The notes beneath the pieces were generated by a model. That model made no database searches. It was not told the origin of the DNA and saw nothing but the letters and a program-made list of their open reading frames with translations. From an uncultured Veillonellaceae bacterium (lineage in GTDB: Bacteria > Bacillota > Negativicutes > JARBTT01), in the NCBI GenBank assembly GCA_963805085.1, contig CAWDTA010000002.1, positions 1,952,001-2,016,000 of the forward strand: DNA of 64,000 nt, in the 5' to 3' direction. Shown here one piece after another: positions 60,227-64,000 of the stretch. A program made the position numbers and the translations under genes. Each line of letters starts with the position of its first letter. Positions within the stretch are counted from its first letter, which is position 1.

Positions 60227-61753
60227 ATGGAAAAATTAACTGCACCTGTAGCTTTAGTTATACTGGATGGTTGGGGCGTTGGCAGTATAGCTGATCCAAA
60301 CAATGCAATTGCCATTGCAAAAACACCAGTGATGGATGCTTTACTAAAAAAATATCCTAATACAACACTAAAATGTTCTGGTGAAGCAGTAGGCTTGCCA
60401 GAAGGTCAAATGGGCAATTCGGAAGTTGGTCACTTGAATATTGGTGCTGGTCGCATTGTATACCAAGAACTTACTAGAATTACAAAAGCTATTAGAGAAG
60501 GTGACTTTTTCACCAATCCAGTATTTTTAGATGTAATTAAAAAAGTAAAAGCAAACAATAGCGCACTTCATTTGATGGGCTTATTGTCCGACGGCGGTGT
60601 GCATAGTCACAATACTCATTTGTATGCGTTATTAGAACTTGCTAAAAAGCAAGGTTTAAGTAAAGTATATGTGCATGCGTTTTTAGATGGTCGTGATGTA
60701 CCGCCATCGAGTTCTGCTGAATATGTACAATTGCTTGAAAAGAAAATTGCTGAAATTGGCGTGGGTAAAATCGCAACGGTCTCTGGTCGTTATTATGCAA
60801 TGGATCGTGATAAACGTTGGGATCGTGTTGAAAAAGCATATTTAGCAATCGGCGCAGGTGAAGGTGAAACTGCACCAGGCGCAGTAGCTGCGGTAAAAGC
60901 TTCTTACGATGCGGGTAAAACTGATGAATTTGTTTTACCAACTGTTATCGGTGCGTATACTGGAATAAACGAAGACGACGGTGTTATCTTCTTTAACTTC
61001 CGTCCAGACAGAGCAAGAGAATTAACACATGTATTTACAGATAAAGAGTTCGAAGGCTTTAACCGTAAAAATGGTTATATGAAACTTGCATTCGCGACAA
61101 TGACACAATATGAAAAAGGGCTTGATGTTGAAATTGCCTATCAACCTCAAACTTTGACCAATACACTTGGCGAAGTATTGCATAAAGAAGGCATGAAACA
61201 ACTTCGTATTGCTGAAACAGAAAAATACGCGCATGTTACTTTCTTCTTCAATGGTGGTGTGGAAGCTCCACTAGAAGGCGAAGAACGTATTTTAGTTCCT
61301 TCACCAAAAGTAGCAACGTATGATTTAGAGCCAGAAATGAGTGCAATTGAGGTTACAGACAAAGTCGTTGAACAAATCAACGCGAAGAACCACGATGTCA
61401 TCATCCTTAACTTTGCCAATGGTGACATGGTTGGTCACACAGGTGTTGTTTCTGCAGCTGTTAAAGCTGTAGAAACAGTGGATACCTGTGTAGGTCGTTT
61501 AGTTGAGGCGATTCAGGCAGCTGATGGTACAGTTTGTATCACCGCTGACCATGGTAATGCCGAAGTAATGGTAGACCCTGTAACAGGTGAACCGTTTACA
61601 GCACATACGACCAATGTAGTACCGTTTATTGTAGTTTCAGATAAAGTTACTGGCGTAAATACAGGTAGTTTATGTGATATTGCACCTACAATGCTTACGA
61701 TTGCTGGTGTGAAAATCCCAACTGAAATGACAGGTAAATCCTTGTTGAAGTAA
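60227..61753 (+). CDS. gpmI: 2,3-BPG-independent phosphoglycerate mutase
   Basis: [46 protein letters not shown]. Confidence 0.98.
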   Translation: MEKLTAPVALVILDGWGVGSIADPNNAIAIAKTPVMDALLKKYPNTTLKCSGEAVGLPEGQMGNSEVGHLNIGAGRIVYQELTRITKAIREGDFFTNPVFLDVIKKVKANNSALHLMGLLSDGGVHSHNTHLYALLELAKKQGLSKVYVHAFLDGRDVPPSSSAEYVQLLEKKIAEIGVGKIATVSGRYYAMDRDKRWDRVEKAYLAIGAGEGETAPGAVAAVKASYDAGKTDEFVLPTVIGAYTGINEDDGVIFFNFRPDRARELTHVFTDKEFEGFNRKNGYMKLAFATMTQYEKGLDVEIAYQPQTLTNTLGEVLHKEGMKQLRIAETEKYAHVTFFFNGGVEAPLEGEERILVPSPKVATYDLEPEMSAIEVTDKVVEQINAKNHDVIILNFANGDMVGHTGVVSAAVKAVETVDTCVGRLVEAIQAADGTVCITADHGNAEVMVDPVTGEPFTAHTTNVVPFIVVSDKVTGVNTGSLCDIAPTMLTIAGVKIPTEMTGKSLLK

Positions 61754-61781
61754 TTAAGAAAAACCCTCACTTTTCTTATAT

Positions 61782-61815
61782 GAAGAGCCGCAGAGCATTT
61801 GCTTTGCGGCTTTTT
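61782..61815 (+). terminator. Terminator of the gap operon
   Basis: gagccgcagagca / tgctttgcggctt followed by a T run. Confidence 0.8.
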
Positions 61816-61826
61816 GGTATAAAAAT

Positions 61827-61854
61827 TTTACATAAATTTAACAGATTGATAACA
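61827..61854 (+). promoter_or_regulatory. Pho box (PhoP-type)
   Basis: TTTACA, TTAACA and ATAACA at exact 11-bp spacing upstream of the alkaline phosphatase. Confidence 0.75.
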
Positions 61855-61941
61855 AATCTTCTTTATATAAGTCCTACAATAAATGATAAGGGAGCTAGTC
61901 TCTTAAATATTCGTTCGATTTTGAAGGAGGACTCATTGATA

Positions 61942-63738
61942 ATGATGTTTCAACTGCCAAAGAAATTCAGGAAAAATGCACTTACTATGTGTACAGCGTT
62001 GACTGTACTTGGATGTATGGCAGGTGGGAGTGCAATTGGATTTGCAGCACCTTATGTTATCCAGCAGATTTCACCAATAACGGTATTGCCAATTGACAAT
62101 GCAAAATTCGCTGCTGGTCAAAAATTTGACTTTTTAATTGAAGTGAAAGATGCAAAAACGAATGATATCCAAGTGACGATCAATGGTAAAACGGCTGAGC
62201 AGTATTTTGGCAAACACGCGGTAGCTGCTATGGATGGAACTATGGCAACGTATCGTATTGATCAAGTGAGTGTGAAAGAAGCAGGCAATGTCGATATCGT
62301 TGTAAATGCAAATGGCAATAAACGTATCGTAAATTATACTATAGTTGCGGATAAATCAGTGAAAAAAGCAAAAAATGTAATTCTTCTTATTGGCGATGGC
62401 ATGAGCTTACAAGCGCGTGAGATGGCACGTATTTTAGAAAAAGGCATCAAAGAAGGCAAATATAATGATGTTCTTGAGATGGAAAAACTTTCAAATATGG
62501 CAGTAGTGACGACCTCTGGTTATGATTCTTTAGTTACAGACTCGGCAAATAGTGCATCTGCTTATGCTACTGGGCAAAAAGGCGTAGTGAATGCAATGGG
62601 AACTTATACCAATAGCACGAAGGATCCATTTGACGATCCAAAAGTAGAAAATATCGTAGAACTTGCAAAAAGGACTCGTGGTATGGCAACGGGCTTAGTA
62701 ACTACTGCTAATATTACAGATGCGACTCCAGCAGCGATGGTAGCGCATACACGTAAACGCAGTGAACAAAACTTTATTGCCCAAGATATGCTAGATCCTA
62801 GCCATCGTCCAGATGTTATCATGGGTGGGGGTTCCAGACAATTTTTGCCGATGAGTACACCTGGTTCAAAACGGAAAGATGAAACGAATGTAATCAATGA
62901 GTTTAAAGATCTCGGCTATCAGTTCTCTGGGACAAAGTCAGAGCTTCTAGCAACACCAGCGAATGCAGATAAATTATTAGGCTTATATCAATTGGATAAT
63001 TTAAATGTATATATTGATCGTGAAATGCTAAAAAATCCTAAAGTATTGGGTGGCTTTAACGATCAACCAGGGCTGGTTGATATGACGAAAAAAGCGATCA
63101 ATACATTAAGTAAAAATCAAAATGGTTTCTTTCTAATGGTAGAAGGAGCGTGTATTGATAAGCAATTACATACGATGGATTGGCAAAGAGCGGCGTATGA
63201 CAATATCGAATTAGATAAAGCAGTTGGTGTTGCTAGAGAGTTTGCCAAGCAAAAAGATGATACTTTAATCATCGTTGTTGCTGACCATTCCCATGGTGCT
63301 AGTATCACAGGTACTTATCATGAAAAAGATGGTAAGACTGGTCGTGAAGCAGTGCGTGTTTATGCAAATGCAGGTTTCCCAACATTTGAAGATAAAGATG
63401 GCGATGGCTATCCAGAAAATCCAGATCCAGATGTAACCTTGGCTGTGCAATATGCAAATCATCCAGATGTAAATATGAATTATAAATTTAAACCAGAACC
63501 AATTTCACCAGCAATCATGGCAGATGGAAAAGCAATTGCGAACCCTAAAATAGAAGGTCAATTCCAAGAAGGAAATATTCCTGCGGATGACACTTCAGAG
63601 GCACATTCTGCTGACGACGTTCTTCTTAACGCCGAAGGTCCTGGCGCAGACTATTTCAAAGGTGTTATGGATAATACAGAAGTGTTCTTCGGCATGGTTC
63701 GTGCCCTTGGTCTTGATGGAAATAAAAATAGTAAGTAA
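61942..63738 (+). CDS. phoA: Exported alkaline phosphatase
   Basis: IGDGM, TDSANSASAYATG, DATPAA, FFLMVEG..IDK..H, VADHSH. AGGAGG RBS at 61925. Confidence 0.9.
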   Translation: MMFQLPKKFRKNALTMCTALTVLGCMAGGSAIGFAAPYVIQQISPITVLPIDNAKFAAGQKFDFLIEVKDAKTNDIQVTINGKTAEQYFGKHAVAAMDGTMATYRIDQVSVKEAGNVDIVVNANGNKRIVNYTIVADKSVKKAKNVILLIGDGMSLQAREMARILEKGIKEGKYNDVLEMEKLSNMAVVTTSGYDSLVTDSANSASAYATGQKGVVNAMGTYTNSTKDPFDDPKVENIVELAKRTRGMATGLVTTANITDATPAAMVAHTRKRSEQNFIAQDMLDPSHRPDVIMGGGSRQFLPMSTPGSKRKDETNVINEFKDLGYQFSGTKSELLATPANADKLLGLYQLDNLNVYIDREMLKNPKVLGGFNDQPGLVDMTKKAINTLSKNQNGFFLMVEGACIDKQLHTMDWQRAAYDNIELDKAVGVAREFAKQKDDTLIIVVADHSHGASITGTYHEKDGKTGREAVRVYANAGFPTFEDKDGDGYPENPDPDVTLAVQYANHPDVNMNYKFKPEPISPAIMADGKAIANPKIEGQFQEGNIPADDTSEAHSADDVLLNAEGPGADYFKGVMDNTEVFFGMVRALGLDGNKNSK

Positions 63739-63759
63739 GTAGTAGGGAGGCAAATCAGA

Positions 63760-64000
63760 ATGAAAAAACTAGTGCAATTGATCCTAGGAGTATATTTGGG
63801 TATGATGCTCGCTAGTGCTTTTTCACAATATGATTCGCCCGAGCAGGCGGTTCCGAGGGCGGAATCGCCTGTTTTCTTTCGGACGGCTCAGGCAGCATTT
63901 TGGGATGGGTGGTTTAATCAAGCCCCAACCAATATAGAGTTTTCGGAAATGTATGAATCGGCATCATCACTAGGAATAAAACTATCCGATAAACTGAAAA
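63760..64000 (+). CDS. Exported hypothetical protein, runs off the window end
   Basis: GGGAGG RBS, signal peptide, open to 64000. Confidence 0.7.
   Translation, partial: MKKLVQLILGVYLGMMLASAFSQYDSPEQAVPRAESPVFFRTAQAAFWDGWFNQAPTNIEFSEMYESASSLGIKLSDKLK

Noticed and set aside
61780-61935. Long N-terminal extension of the alkaline phosphatase
   Set aside because: Covers the upstream terminator and Pho boxes; the AGGAGG RBS at 61925 points to a later start.

Overview
Low-GC Firmicute chromosomal window. Gene content (LPS-type sugar genes, rapZ-yvcK-whiA, SCIFF, cggR-gap operon) suggests Negativicutes such as Sporomusaceae/Selenomonadales; this is inference. Bases 1-41200 are accessory: a tandem pair of AidA/PixA inclusion-body genes between RAYT (Y1 transposase) remnants and REP-like palindromes; a ~31 kb surface-glycan island (legionaminic acid genes, CDP-3,6-dideoxyhexose/yersiniose-type genes, a heptose/octose-like module with split transketolase, four radical SAM enzymes); a nitrite/sulfite reductase; and a family 2A encapsulin with its cysteine desulfurase cargo. 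These blocks are separated by three copies of the 3' end of a transketolase gene. At 40170-41180 lies an unannotated RNA control module: a ~94 nt four-way-junction antisense RNA with its own promoter and terminator, a long structured leader with an attenuator-like hairpin, a leader ORF and a 107-aa orphan gene. Bases 42000-64000 are core-like: lemA, TPM protein, rubredoxin, mdh, three Cof HADs, rapZ-yvcK-whiA, scfAB, cggR-gap-pgk-tpiA-gpmI and an alkaline phosphatase with Pho boxes. All calls are by eye from motifs; no searches were run.
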